Below, piece by piece: positions 20,525 through 30,591 of a stretch of DNA of 64,000 nt. The notes beneath the pieces were generated by a model that was not told the DNA's origin, made no database searches, and saw nothing but the letters and a program-made list of their open reading frames with translations. Position numbers and translations under genes: made by a program. The stretch is taken from positions 96,001 through 160,000 of the forward strand of contig CAXXUA010000003.1 in NCBI GenBank assembly GCA_963663765.2, written 5' to 3'. Numbering within the stretch: the first letter of the stretch is position 1; every line of letters starts with the position of its first letter. Source of the DNA: Candidatus Poribacteria bacterium (lineage in GTDB: Bacteria; Poribacteria; WGA-4E; WGA-3G).

Positions 20525-22777
20525 CTACTGCCGTATTAACATTTTGCGAGTAGCAGTGAAGTCCCCTGCGGTGAGAGTGTAGAAGTATACGCCACTAGCG
20601 ATCTTTTCTCCATTCTCGTTTTTACCATCCCAATACGCTGCACGGGCACGGTCATGATAGATACCGCTAGGCTTATCTCCTAAATCTAACGTCCGAATCA
20701 ACTTGCCATCTTCAGTCCGGATAGAGATACTAACATTCGCAGGTGATGCCAATTGATACGGAATCCACGTATCAGGATTGAACGGGTTCGGATAGTTTTG
20801 GAGCAGTTGGTTACGCTTTATCTGACCGAGTGTGACAAGTTGCTTCCCGCGTGCCTCAACGGAAAACGGTTTATCAAGATCTGTTTCATCAGCATCGAAT
20901 CTGTAATCCCAGAGCAGCACGGTTCCGTCAGAACTCCCACTTGCAAACGTGCGATTATCACTACCGAAAGATATACTGAGCACGGGTCCCCTATGCCCCT
21001 CAAGTTTACGTAGATGTATTCCTTTGTTTGCGTCCCACAACCGAATGTGTGTGTCATTACTTCCACTTGCGACAACGTTGCCATCCGGACTAAAAGCAAC
21101 ACTATTGACGATACTCGTATGCCGCTCAAGGGTGTGCAAAAGTATCCCCGATTTTACATCCCACAGCCTGACGGTGTTGTCGTCATGAATTTCGTTCCCA
21201 CTGCCACTTACAATTGTGTTTCCATCCGGACTAAATGAGATACTATTGATAATAGACGTATGTCCTTCATAAGTGCGAAGGAGTTTCTTTGAGTTTACAT
21301 CCCATAGCCTGATGACTGAGTCCGGGCTCCCAAACGCTATCGTCTTACTATCCGGACTAAACGCAACACTATTGAGGAACCTTGCCTGATCCCAGATTCT
21401 AAGGTGAAGTTCCCCTGTTCTTGCGTTCCATATAGTGAGGTCTGAGTCTAAACCTGAACCACCGCTTGCGACAAACTTGCCATCCGGACTAAATGAGACA
21501 CAATTAAGCCATTTGCAATTATCCGACCTCATTCTATGGACAATGTCAGTGGTGTTTATATCTAACAGAACGATAACTCCTGAGTCACCGACAGTTGCGA
21601 TCATATCACCATTTGGACTAAATGACAAATCATAGACCGAACCTCCAGTCTTGGTAAGCATTTTATGTCTTTCACCCGTATTTATGTCCCATAATCGAAT
21701 ATCTCTTGTACCGCCACCTGCGAGTAAACTACCATCCGAACTAAAAGCGATACTTGTAAACCTTCGCGTATGTCCCTCAATTGTGCGTATATGTTCCCCT
21801 GAGTTTGCATCCCATAGACGAATAGTAGAATCCGAACTCCCACTGACGAGGGTGTTGCCATCCGGACTATAAGCTAAGGTTTCAACCCAACTTTTATGCC
21901 CTTCAAGTGAGTGGAGATGTTCCCCTGTTTTTACGTCCCACAGACGCATGGAATCCCAACTCCCGCTTGAGAGGATGTTGTTTTTAGGATTAAAAGCAAT
22001 ACTTGAAATCCTGCCCCGATGTCCTTCAAGTGTTCGTAGTTGTTCCCCAGTTTTTAAATCCCACAACCGGACGATTTTATCAAGAACGGTATTATCAAAA
22101 CTTACACTTGCTATCATTGTCCAATCCGGACTAAATGAAATATTAAATGCTGTAATATCAAATGTTTGCAGGTGTTCCCCATTTTTTGCGTTCCACAACC
22201 GAACAGTTCCATCATAACCCCCACTTGCGAGTGTGTTTCCATCCGGACTAAAAGCAACACTAAGAATCCCAGCCTGATGCCCCATAAGTGATCGGAGGTG
22301 TTCCCCGTTTTTTGCGTCCCACAGTCGCACAGTTCTGCCATGCCCCCCACTTACGATTGTGTTGCCATCCGGACTAAAAGCAACACAATAAATGGTGGTC
22401 CAATGTCCTTCAAGTATGTGGAGTTGTTCTCCAGTTTTTAAATCCCACAACCGAACAGTTTTGTCACGACTCCCACTTACGATTGTATCTCCATCCGGAC
22501 TAAAGGCAACACAACTAACTCCATCCGCATGTCCAGTGTATAGGTCAAGTTCTTCTCCTGTTTCAGCATCGTATATCCAAATGCCGATATCACCTACAAC
22601 AGCGAACTTGTCACCATTTGGTGAATACGCAATATCACCCAATATCCTCCCTTTTCCAAACCGTGCTATAGCGCCTTTGGGTAGACCCAATTCCGTATGG
22701 TCTTGAGCGGTGACGCTGGGTGCGGTTATCAGTGTTATGAGCAGTGTTATCATGATTGTAGACAAAATCTTTTTCAC
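20525..22777 (-). CDS. Secreted WD40-repeat protein with C-terminal FlgD-Ig / T9SS-type-A-like domain
   Basis: Signal peptide, WD40 repeats, LLQNYPNPFNP...WDGKNENGE..ASGVYFY. Confidence 0.92.
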   Translation of the reverse strand: MKKILSTIMITLLITLITAPSVTAQDHTELGLPKGAIARFGKGRILGDIAYSPNGDKFAVVGDIGIWIYDAETGEELDLYTGHADGVSCVAFSPDGDTIVSGSRDKTVRLWDLKTGEQLHILEGHWTTIYCVAFSPDGNTIVSGGHGRTVRLWDAKNGEHLRSLMGHQAGILSVAFSPDGNTLASGGYDGTVRLWNAKNGEHLQTFDITAFNISFSPDWTMIASVSFDNTVLDKIVRLWDLKTGEQLRTLEGHRGRISSIAFNPKNNILSSGSWDSMRLWDVKTGEHLHSLEGHKSWVETLAYSPDGNTLVSGSSDSTIRLWDANSGEHIRTIEGHTRRFTSIAFSSDGSLLAGGGTRDIRLWDINTGERHKMLTKTGGSVYDLSFSPNGDMIATVGDSGVIVLLDINTTDIVHRMRSDNCKWLNCVSFSPDGKFVASGGSGLDSDLTIWNARTGELHLRIWDQARFLNSVAFSPDSKTIAFGSPDSVIRLWDVNSKKLLRTYEGHTSIINSISFSPDGNTIVSGSGNEIHDDNTVRLWDVKSGILLHTLERHTSIVNSVAFSPDGNVVASGSNDTHIRLWDANKGIHLRKLEGHRGPVLSISFGSDNRTFASGSSDGTVLLWDYRFDADETDLDKPFSVEARGKQLVTLGQIKRNQLLQNYPNPFNPDTWIPYQLASPANVSISIRTEDGKLIRTLDLGDKPSGIYHDRARAAYWDGKNENGEKIASGVYFYTLTAGDFTATRKMLIRQ

Positions 22778-22871
22778 TGTCTGCTCTCCTATTGTGTTGT
22801 GTGCTTCTTATATCATAAGAGGTAAAACTTCTATTGAAAGTAATGTAAATTTCATATACGCACACCGAACT

Positions 22872-23270
22872 CAGGGTTATTCAGTTTTCCTAATTTTTGG
22901 ATTTATCCAAAAAGAACCCCGCGGTAGGAGCGACCTCCCGGTCGCGATTTTCTCAGTAAACGACTAAAATGCCTAAAACTAAATAACCCCGCACCGAACT
23001 CAAAAGAACCCCGCGGTAGGAGCGACCTCCCGGTCGCGATTTTCTCAGAAAACGAATAAAAATACCTAAAACTAAATAACCCCGCACCGAACTCAAAAGA
23101 ACCCCGCGGTAGGAGCGACCTCCCGGTCGCGATTTTCTCAGAAAACGAATAAAAATGCCTAAAACTAAATAACCCCGCACCGAACTCAAAAGAACCCCGC
23201 GGTAGGAGCGACCTCCCGGTCGCGATTTTCTCAGAAAACGAATAAAAATGCCTAAAACTAAATAACCCTG
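22872..23270. mobile_element. Miniature element (TIR CAGGGTTATTYAGTTTT) with perfect 9-bp TSD
   Basis: CACCGAACT at 22863-22871 and 23271-23279; same TIR as 11316-11957. Confidence 0.88.
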
Positions 23271-23279
23271 CACCGAACT
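22908..23279. repeat. Four tandem 93-bp units (REP GTAGGAGCGACCTCCCGGTCGCG + right TIR + TSD)
   Basis: Unit starts 22908, 23001, 23094, 23187. Confidence 0.95.
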
Positions 23280-23288
23280 CACGTTATG

Positions 23289-24128
23289 TTAGGTAGACAA
23301 TTGGACAACATCCTTTTTGACAACTTCCTTGATATGTCCATAAGACGCTGTCTTTGTCAGTTCCTGTACCTCTGGTGACAAGCGATTGACAATTACCTCA
23401 GGCAGCCCGACTTTGCCTTCATATTGCGGACGATACCGAAGAATTAGAAATCGTCTATCTCGATCTTTCGGTTTCCATCGCAAAACGCCATGTGTCAAAA
23501 GTTCAGATATGACAACAAAGTCGCCTGCTTTCGGTGTTATATTGGTGAAAACGGGATTCGGTGCAGGATCAATACCATCCGGGCCGGGTGTCAGAAGGTC
23601 TTCAGGTCGTTCAAATTTGCTCTTATGCGAACCTGGTATAACAATCAATCCACCATCGCCAGGATGGACATCGGTGAGGTAAAAAAACGCCACGAAATCG
23701 TTGCAGTAGATGCGATTATCCTTTATCTCGTAGCGAGTCAGCCAGTGACGTCCCTCTCTTGCACAGTGCAAGCCAGCAGGATTTGTTCCCATCGGTTGTC
23801 TGTCAGGATTGTGTTGTTCAAGTGTGAGTGTCCCCGATACAAACCGAGGCATATCAAAGGTGAATTCTTTGATAAGGGACCAAATAGCGGGATGCACCGT
23901 CATCGTTTCAAGTGATCTGTCAAACGCGAAGCCATGTTCATATCTACCCCCTTTGCCGGGTTCTAATTCACGCGGACGTGTCGTAAATCCTTCGGGACGT
24001 TCATCAAGTGGCATGTGGATATATTTGTTAACTGCTTCTTGTGCCGCTTTCAGTGCGTCCCCTGTAACAGCGTTTTTAATGTGTAGGTAGCCTGTAATGT
24101 CAAATAAATATTGCTGTTTCGGAGTCAT
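23289..24128 (-). CDS. Phytanoyl-CoA dioxygenase (PhyH) family protein
   Basis: QQYLFDITGYL start, GGLIVIPGSH, AGDFVVISELLTHG. Confidence 0.85.
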   Translation of the reverse strand: MTPKQQYLFDITGYLHIKNAVTGDALKAAQEAVNKYIHMPLDERPEGFTTRPRELEPGKGGRYEHGFAFDRSLETMTVHPAIWSLIKEFTFDMPRFVSGTLTLEQHNPDRQPMGTNPAGLHCAREGRHWLTRYEIKDNRIYCNDFVAFFYLTDVHPGDGGLIVIPGSHKSKFERPEDLLTPGPDGIDPAPNPVFTNITPKAGDFVVISELLTHGVLRWKPKDRDRRFLILRYRPQYEGKVGLPEVIVNRLSPEVQELTKTASYGHIKEVVKKDVVQLST

Positions 24129-24223
24129 GATTTTTTCCTTTTATATTATGCAGTGAATTGTATCATATTTTTCATATTCTGAATCAGAATTCATTCTATT
24201 AGAAGAAATAAAGAGATGCACGA

Positions 24224-25279
24224 TCAATAGGTTACATCTTTCACACACCGAAAACCGCTACAACTCTCTGTGTTCACAGGAGGGTAGTTAGTGCGATATG
24301 TTACTTGCGGGGCTTGAGCACAAGCGTTCCATCCACCACTTCGTAAAACGCGTTCAGTCAGCACAGCATCAGCGTCAAATGTCCCACTCTGCATAACACG
24401 TTCAGTACGTATATCCATGTAATTTTCTACTAAATCTGTAATACTATCATGACCACCAATTGGATTACGTCGCAGTGCAGTGTTGTTAGTCTGAAAATCA
24501 AATGCATCCAGACACCACTCCCACACGTTACCCGTCATATCATATAATCCGTATCCATTAGCAGGATAACTTCCTACAGGGGCGGTATATTGATACCCAT
24601 AGGTGTCAACTTAAGAAAAAAGTGTTGGCATATTCTCTTGTGGGAGGGGTTTTTAACCCCGATTTGAGTGGAAATGAACATAAAATCGGGGTTGAAAACC
24701 CCTCCCACAAGAGGTAAAATTCCTTAAGTTGACACCTATGGGGGCGGTATATTGATACCCATCATCTGCATCCATATTTGACCAATCAAAGTTTGTGTTT
24801 TTATCGGCGAAATTACACTGTGTTCCATTTGGTTCAGTATCGCCCCACGGGTACTTATGACCTTCCAAGCCTCCGCGTGCAGCCTTCTCCCATTCTGCTT
24901 CCGTAGGCAAACGTTTCCCCACCCATTTTGAGTATGCTATCGCTGCATACCAACTCACAAAAATAACAGGGTGATCCGCATCACCTTCAGGATAATTGTT
25001 GCCATTCCAATGTGTTAAATAACCTTCGCTGTATCCTTGATAGATACGTTCCTTCCGCCACTGTGGGTTAGCATCTACGAACGCTTTGTATGCCGCATTT
25101 GTCACTTCATGAATATCCATATAAAATGCATCTGTGTAAACAGTGTGTACTGGATATTCATAATCTTTTGGATCGGCATCAGGACTTCCTATTTGGAATT
25201 CACCTGCAGGAATTAGTACCATTCCATCTAAAAGGGATTCATCGTTGTTTGTGGGATTATTTTCTGCTGAATGTCTCAT
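24224..25279 (-). pseudogene. FGE/SUMF1-domain paralogue interrupted by a miniature element
   Basis: RLPTEAEWEKAARGG upstream and MTGNVWEW downstream are in the same frame; the 162-bp net insertion introduces a stop at 24653. Confidence 0.9.
24596..24742. mobile_element. 147-bp miniature element (TIR CCCATAGGTGTCAACTTAAG) with long TSD and a REP doublet
   Basis: Perfect 20-bp TIR; GGCGGTATATTGATA duplicated at 24581 and 24743; internal CTTGTGGGAGGGGTTTT...AAAACCCCTCCCACAAG. Confidence 0.93.
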
Positions 25280-25310
25280 TTTCTTTCAACACCTCCTACT
25301 CCTCGCAATT

Positions 25311-26144
25311 TTAAATCTTTTCGCTTCTCACACACCGAAACCCAAGACTATCCTCTGTATTCACAGGCGGGTAATTGTCTCGAAACGTTACTTGCATGAA
25401 TCGAGCATCGTCATTCCATGCACCACCGCGCATAGGTCGCTCGGTCCCAATCTTTTCATAATTTTCTACGATTTCATCAATACTATCAGCACCTCTAATC
25501 GGATTACGATTCGGTGAATAACTGTAAAACTTAGCGTGGTAAGAATCCAGGCACCATTCATCTACGTTACCCGCCATATCGTATAGACCATATCCGTTAG
25601 CAGGATAACTACCTACAGGGGCGGTCCATCGGTACCCATCATCTACATCCATATTTGACCACTTAAAGTCTGTATTTTTATCTGCGAAATTACACTGTGT
25701 ACCATTCGGTTCAGTATCACCCCACGGGTATTTATGACCTTCCAAACCACCACGTGCAGCCTTCTCCCATTCCGCTTCCGTAGGTAAACGTTTCCCCACC
25801 CATTTTGCATAAGCCATCGATGCATGCCAACTCACAAAAGTTACTGGATGATCCCCTTCGCCTTCTGGATAGTTGTTATTACGCCATCGCGGTAAGTACC
25901 CTTCTGCGTTTCCTTGGTAGACGCGATCCCTCCGCCACTTTGGGTTAGCATCTACAAACGCTTTATATGCCGCATTTGTCACCTGATACATATCCATATA
26001 AAATGCATCAATATAAACAGTGCGAAACTGCTGAGGATTATCTTTTTCCACAAGTGCGTTAATCCCCATTTGGAATTCACCTGCTGGTATTAGTACCATC
26101 CTTGCTATATCATGCTCATCGGTATTTATATTTTGGTTGTTCAT
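25311..26144 (-). CDS. Formylglycine-generating enzyme family (SUMF1/EgtB/PvdO) protein
   Basis: IPAGEFQMG, RLPTEAEWEKAARGG, YGLYDMAGNV, GFRC. Confidence 0.93.
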   Translation of the reverse strand: MNNQNINTDEHDIARMVLIPAGEFQMGINALVEKDNPQQFRTVYIDAFYMDMYQVTNAAYKAFVDANPKWRRDRVYQGNAEGYLPRWRNNNYPEGEGDHPVTFVSWHASMAYAKWVGKRLPTEAEWEKAARGGLEGHKYPWGDTEPNGTQCNFADKNTDFKWSNMDVDDGYRWTAPVGSYPANGYGLYDMAGNVDEWCLDSYHAKFYSYSPNRNPIRGADSIDEIVENYEKIGTERPMRGGAWNDDARFMQVTFRDNYPPVNTEDSLGFRCVRSEKI

Positions 26145-26573
26145 CGGAATGCTCCATTTTCTTCTGATTTACCCTATGTCTTCAATTCTATTGTAATATC
26201 TTTTCGTGAAGTTTGTCAAGAAAACGATATAGGGCAGGTGTGTAAATTTATTGTAGAAACACATATTTAAATGAGAATGTGTAAAGTTTTGTAATTACAT
26301 TGATATGACTTCTGTTAGGCTCTTTTTCCCGTATGTGTATAGTATCCTTCATTTGTCTGATACAGGATTTTTAGAGGGCAAGATAAAAAATTATGACCCT
26401 CAAAGAACCTTCCTAAATAGAAAACAATTCATCATATCTGCAAAAGGGTGTCTCTTAGAATTAGCACGCAAAACTTCAGACTCTAATCCTGGTAATCTGA
26501 TAATCCTGAAAATCCTGGTTCAGACAAGTACCCAAAGGAGGATTGACGTTTCTTCTACATGAAGATTAAATAC

Positions 26574-26729
26574 ATGAAGATTAAAAAAATAATTAGGTAA
26601 TTTTATCTAACCTACCCTGGTAGGCGTGCTTTGTAAGCGCGCTGGTACATCAAGTCCCAAGAGCGCGCTTACAAAGCACGCCTACCGTATGAGAAATATT
26701 TATTACCCAATTAATAAATTAATCTTCAT
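26574..26729. mobile_element. Miniature element (TIR ATGAAGATTAA) carrying a REP doublet
   Basis: ATGAAGATTAA...TTAATCTTCAT; internal GGTAGGCGTGCTTTGTAAGCGCGC / GCGCGCTTACAAAGCACGCCTACC; left 15 bp duplicated at 26556. Confidence 0.8.
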
Positions 26730-27183
26730 CAAGAAGAAATGTCAACAATAGAATCCCAATAGATTATACATGTAATCAATTGTTCTCAAAACAAAAACAC
26801 AACATACCCACACAACAATATGGTATAATATTACCCATACACCCAAATGAAATCCTAACTTTAAGACCGTAATTCACCATAAATGATTAATGTTACCATT
26901 TGTAAAAACAAGAACAAAAATACACAACAAAAAAAACAATAAAAAATCCATTTAGTTGTTTTTTTCAAAATTTCGTAAATTTACAAAACCGACATAAACC
27001 TATACCAAGACAGGAACGATAACACTTATGAAAAAAACGCAAAAAAAACAACTAAAACATTACACGATTGGTACATAATTCATAATCAGAGCTATTCCTC
27101 TCCTACAAAAGAAGGAAAATCAGGATTGATAATGATTATACAAAACACCTGCAAAATTGGTAAATTCTATAGTCTAATAAAAT

Positions 27184-27422
27184 CAGGACTTACGCACCCA
27201 ACGGTAGGCGCGCTTTGATGAAGATTAAAAAATAATTTCGGTAATTTTGCAGAGAAATCCCGGCGCGCTTACAAAGCACGCCTACAGGGTTTGGTGAAAA
27301 TTAGAATTACCGAATTAATAGATTAATCTTCATGTAAGCGCGCTGGAAACCAAAAAAATGCTGAAAATTACACCATTTTCGTCATAATTCTTCATCAAAT
27401 CATGAAAACTGCGTAAGTCCTG
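27184..27422. mobile_element. Miniature element (TIR CAGGACTTACGCA, 5-bp TSD AAAAT) with nested ATGAAGATTAA element at 27218-27333
   Basis: Perfect 13-bp TIR; reverse-complement homologue at 51118-51299 lacks this nested element. Confidence 0.9.
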
Positions 27423-27448
27423 AAAATAAAAATACTTGGAGGAAGTAT

Positions 27449-28363
27449 ATGAAACTCGGATTTGTGAGTGCAATTTTGCCTGACCAGACATTAGCAGAAG
27501 TAGTCCAATTCGCAGCAGACACAGGTTATGATTGTGTAGAACTGATGTGCTGGCCCAAAGGAAAAGCCGAACGACGATATGCAGGTGTGACACACATTGA
27601 TGTCACAGCACTTACCGATGCGGAAGTAGACGCAACTCTACAGTATGTATCGGATGCAAACACAACAATTAGCGGTTTAGGCTACTATCCGAATCCATTA
27701 ACACCGAACGAAACAGAAGCAGAAATCTATAGAGAACACCTAAAAACGCTAATATTGGCAGCAAAACGTTTATCGGTAGACATCGTAAATACATTCATCG
27801 GAAGAGATCAGAGACGCACAATAGACGGCAATTGGGAACGGTTTAAACAGGTTTGGACACCGCTCATTCAATTTGCTGAAGACAACGGCATCCGAATCGG
27901 CATTGAGAACTGCCCGATGTTCTTCACCGAAGACGAATGGCCAGCAGGACAAAACCTCGCTTATGCACCAGCGATCTGGGAACGAATGTTTGATGAGATA
28001 CCGTCCTCTAACTTCGGACTCAATTTCGACCCATCCCACTTTATATGGCTTCAGATGGATTACCTGAAACCACTTGTCACTTTTGCGGATCGTATCATTC
28101 ATGTGCATGCAAAGGATGTCCGTTTAGATAAAGAACGGCTTGATGAGGTAGGTATACTCGCAACACCTTCGTCATATCATACACCAAAATTACCAGGACT
28201 TGGCGATGTAAATTGGGGTCGTTTTTTCTCCGTCCTTAACGACATAGGCTATGATGGATCAGTCTGTGTGGAAGTTGAAGATCGTGCCTATGAAGAGACA
28301 TTGAAGAAGCGACAACGTGCCTTAAGACAAAGTCATATCTTCCTCAGACAGTTCATAGGGTGA
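27449..28363 (+). CDS. Sugar phosphate isomerase/epimerase (xylose isomerase-like TIM barrel)
   Basis: GIENCPM, NFDPSH, HVHAKD, VEVED. Confidence 0.9.
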   Translation: MKLGFVSAILPDQTLAEVVQFAADTGYDCVELMCWPKGKAERRYAGVTHIDVTALTDAEVDATLQYVSDANTTISGLGYYPNPLTPNETEAEIYREHLKTLILAAKRLSVDIVNTFIGRDQRRTIDGNWERFKQVWTPLIQFAEDNGIRIGIENCPMFFTEDEWPAGQNLAYAPAIWERMFDEIPSSNFGLNFDPSHFIWLQMDYLKPLVTFADRIIHVHAKDVRLDKERLDEVGILATPSSYHTPKLPGLGDVNWGRFFSVLNDIGYDGSVCVEVEDRAYEETLKKRQRALRQSHIFLRQFIG

Positions 28364-28367
28364 CAAG

Positions 28368-29549
28368 ATGGACACTTACGAATGGGTGCAAAAAGAATAC
28401 ACAGAACTTAAACACGCAGGTTTGCTGCGAAACCTTCGTACCATTACGACTGCACCGACAGGAACGGTCAACCTTGATGGACGTGATGTCGTGTTGCTTG
28501 GGTCAAACAACTATTTAGGACTGAGTACACATCCCGATGTTATTGACGCTGCAGTTGAAGCAATAAAAACTTACGGCACAGGTGCAAGCGGTTCTCGTCT
28601 AATTTCAGGAAATAACAAACTCTACGCAACGTTAGAATACAACATAGCCAAAACAAAAGGAACTGAAGCATCTCTCGTATTTAGCTCAGGTTATGCTGCG
28701 AATACAAGCATCATTCCTGTACTTGCAGGAGAAGGGGACCTTATCCTAAGCGATGAACTCAACCATGCAAGCATTATTGATGGATGCCGTCTCAGTCGTG
28801 CCACAAAAAAAATATACAAACATTGTGACGTAGAACATCTAAAAATGCTATTGGCAGAGTCCTCTGAATATAAGCGGCGACTTATCGTGACTGACGGTGT
28901 GTTTAGTATGGATGGAGATATTGCACCGCTACAACACATTTACCAAACCGCATTGAATTACAATGCAATGCTACTTGTAGACGACGCACACGGCTTTGGT
29001 GTTTTAGGAAATGATGGAAGTGGCACCGTCGCACATTGCGGACTAATAGGTGAAGACATTATCCAAATGGGAACACTCAGTAAAGCGATTGGCTGTTTAG
29101 GAGGTTATGTCACGGGGAGTCGCGTATTGATTGAATTGCTCATCAATCGCGCACGTGGCTTCATATTTTCAACAGGACTTCCTCCAGCAACATTAGCTGC
29201 AGCAGATGCAGCAATAAAGGTCATGCGTTCCTCACCAGAATTACGCCATCGGCTAATGAAGAATGCAGACACTTTGAAAACAGCACTCACCAATTTAGAT
29301 TACAAACTATTACCAAGTCAAACACAGATTCTACCAGTGATCTTAGGTGAACCACAACGTGCTACACATGTCGCGGAAGCACTCCTAAAAGAAGGGGTAT
29401 TTGCACCTGCTATACGTCCACCCGCTGTCCCATCAGGAACAAGTCGTTTGCGTGTCACTGTAATTGCAACACACACAGATACAGAGATACAACATGCAAT
29501 AGACGCTTTTGTCAACGTGCATCATTCGGGACAGCCAAAAGATAGTTGA
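28368..29549 (+). CDS. bioF: 8-amino-7-oxononanoate synthase
   Basis: SNNYLGL, SDELNHASIIDG, DGVFSMDGD, DDAHG, GTLSKA, AIRPPAVP. Confidence 0.88.
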   Translation: MDTYEWVQKEYTELKHAGLLRNLRTITTAPTGTVNLDGRDVVLLGSNNYLGLSTHPDVIDAAVEAIKTYGTGASGSRLISGNNKLYATLEYNIAKTKGTEASLVFSSGYAANTSIIPVLAGEGDLILSDELNHASIIDGCRLSRATKKIYKHCDVEHLKMLLAESSEYKRRLIVTDGVFSMDGDIAPLQHIYQTALNYNAMLLVDDAHGFGVLGNDGSGTVAHCGLIGEDIIQMGTLSKAIGCLGGYVTGSRVLIELLINRARGFIFSTGLPPATLAAADAAIKVMRSSPELRHRLMKNADTLKTALTNLDYKLLPSQTQILPVILGEPQRATHVAEALLKEGVFAPAIRPPAVPSGTSRLRVTVIATHTDTEIQHAIDAFVNVHHSGQPKDS

Positions 29550-30351
29550 TGATTATCTCCGCAGCGACGACACCTTTAGGGTTATCACCATGATGTGTTT
29601 GGTGAACCATCGCAAGACGACCCAGTACTCCATCTCGGAGAATTACTGGATCTGCCAAAGTGCATTCAGTATCACCAGTATCACTCGCAAAAATCTTCTC
29701 TGCATACCACGCAGAGCCAAGCTGCTCTAAAGGAAAAGGTCTGTCCGATTTAAAGTCAACTAAATTCGGGGTCAATGTCTTGCCACTATCAGTGACATCC
29801 ATATACAGTTTCTCAAAATACTCAACATTAATATCAATATCAGGAAGATCCATAAGGTTTTGCAACGGAGCTTTGTAGTTAGGAGTACCATCTGAACTGT
29901 AATAACCTAAATAATCCCCATGATTCAGAAGCGTATCACCATCTGTCGTTTCAATCCATTTTTCAACGACAGACCCATCAGACTGTGTATTGCCCGAAGG
30001 ATAGATTGATGATGGTAAAACGCTATAGAGGATACAAACATTCACAGCACCGTTTCCTGTTGTCTCTGTCATCCAATTACTAAGAACGTCTTCACGGCTT
30101 GTAACCTCAACACGAATTCCGTTAGATTCCAAAAGTTTCTTCGTCTGTTCTGCTTCATAAGATGCATTTTCCAGTGTTATCCACGATGCACTGCCTGAAT
30201 AAATCATCACAACTATCGGTTTATCTACCTGTTCTGCATCCGATACACCAGATTCAACAGGTTTAAACTCTTGCTCAACTTTTGCGCAATTTGAAATGAA
30301 TACCATACAACCAAATAAGGCAATGAAAACTACCCATTCACACTTTCGCAT
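29512..30351 (-). CDS. Hypothetical lipoprotein
   Basis: Long ORF with hydrophobic N-terminus and Cys (ISNC); no family recognised; start set at ATG 30351. Confidence 0.7.
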   Translation of the reverse strand: MRKCEWVVFIALFGCMVFISNCAKVEQEFKPVESGVSDAEQVDKPIVVMIYSGSASWITLENASYEAEQTKKLLESNGIRVEVTSREDVLSNWMTETTGNGAVNVCILYSVLPSSIYPSGNTQSDGSVVEKWIETTDGDTLLNHGDYLGYYSSDGTPNYKAPLQNLMDLPDIDINVEYFEKLYMDVTDSGKTLTPNLVDFKSDRPFPLEQLGSAWYAEKIFASDTGDTECTLADPVILRDGVLGRLAMVHQTHHGDNPKGVVAAEIIINYLLAVPNDAR

Positions 30352-30527
30352 ATATAATTCTCCACAAAAAAACATATTTACTATAAACAATTTTCAAAGT
30401 ACTATCGTTAATAATAACACGTTATACATTGAGATTAGGTTTCTGAAAATGTTGACATATTGAACAGAATTAACTACATTGGACCTTGCTACAATTCACC
30501 ATAACCATAAAATAATAGCATTTTCTG

Positions 30528-30557
30528 TTGACAACAAAAAAATAAACATGATACACT
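30528..30557 (+). promoter_or_regulatory. sigma70-type promoter
   Basis: TTGACA-18 nt-TACACT with TG extension, upstream of RBS AGGAG. Confidence 0.5.
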
Positions 30558-30591
30558 AAAATTAATATCATGTACATAGGAGAAATAAAGC

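Noticed and set aside
22953-23282. 109-aa repetitive ORF
   Set aside because: A by-product of a 93-bp (multiple of 3) repeat made of REP, TIR and TSD
24653-26144. FGE paralogue similarity as a DGR template/variable repeat pair
   Set aside because: Similarity spans whole genes, differences are not confined to adenines, and no RT or Avd is present
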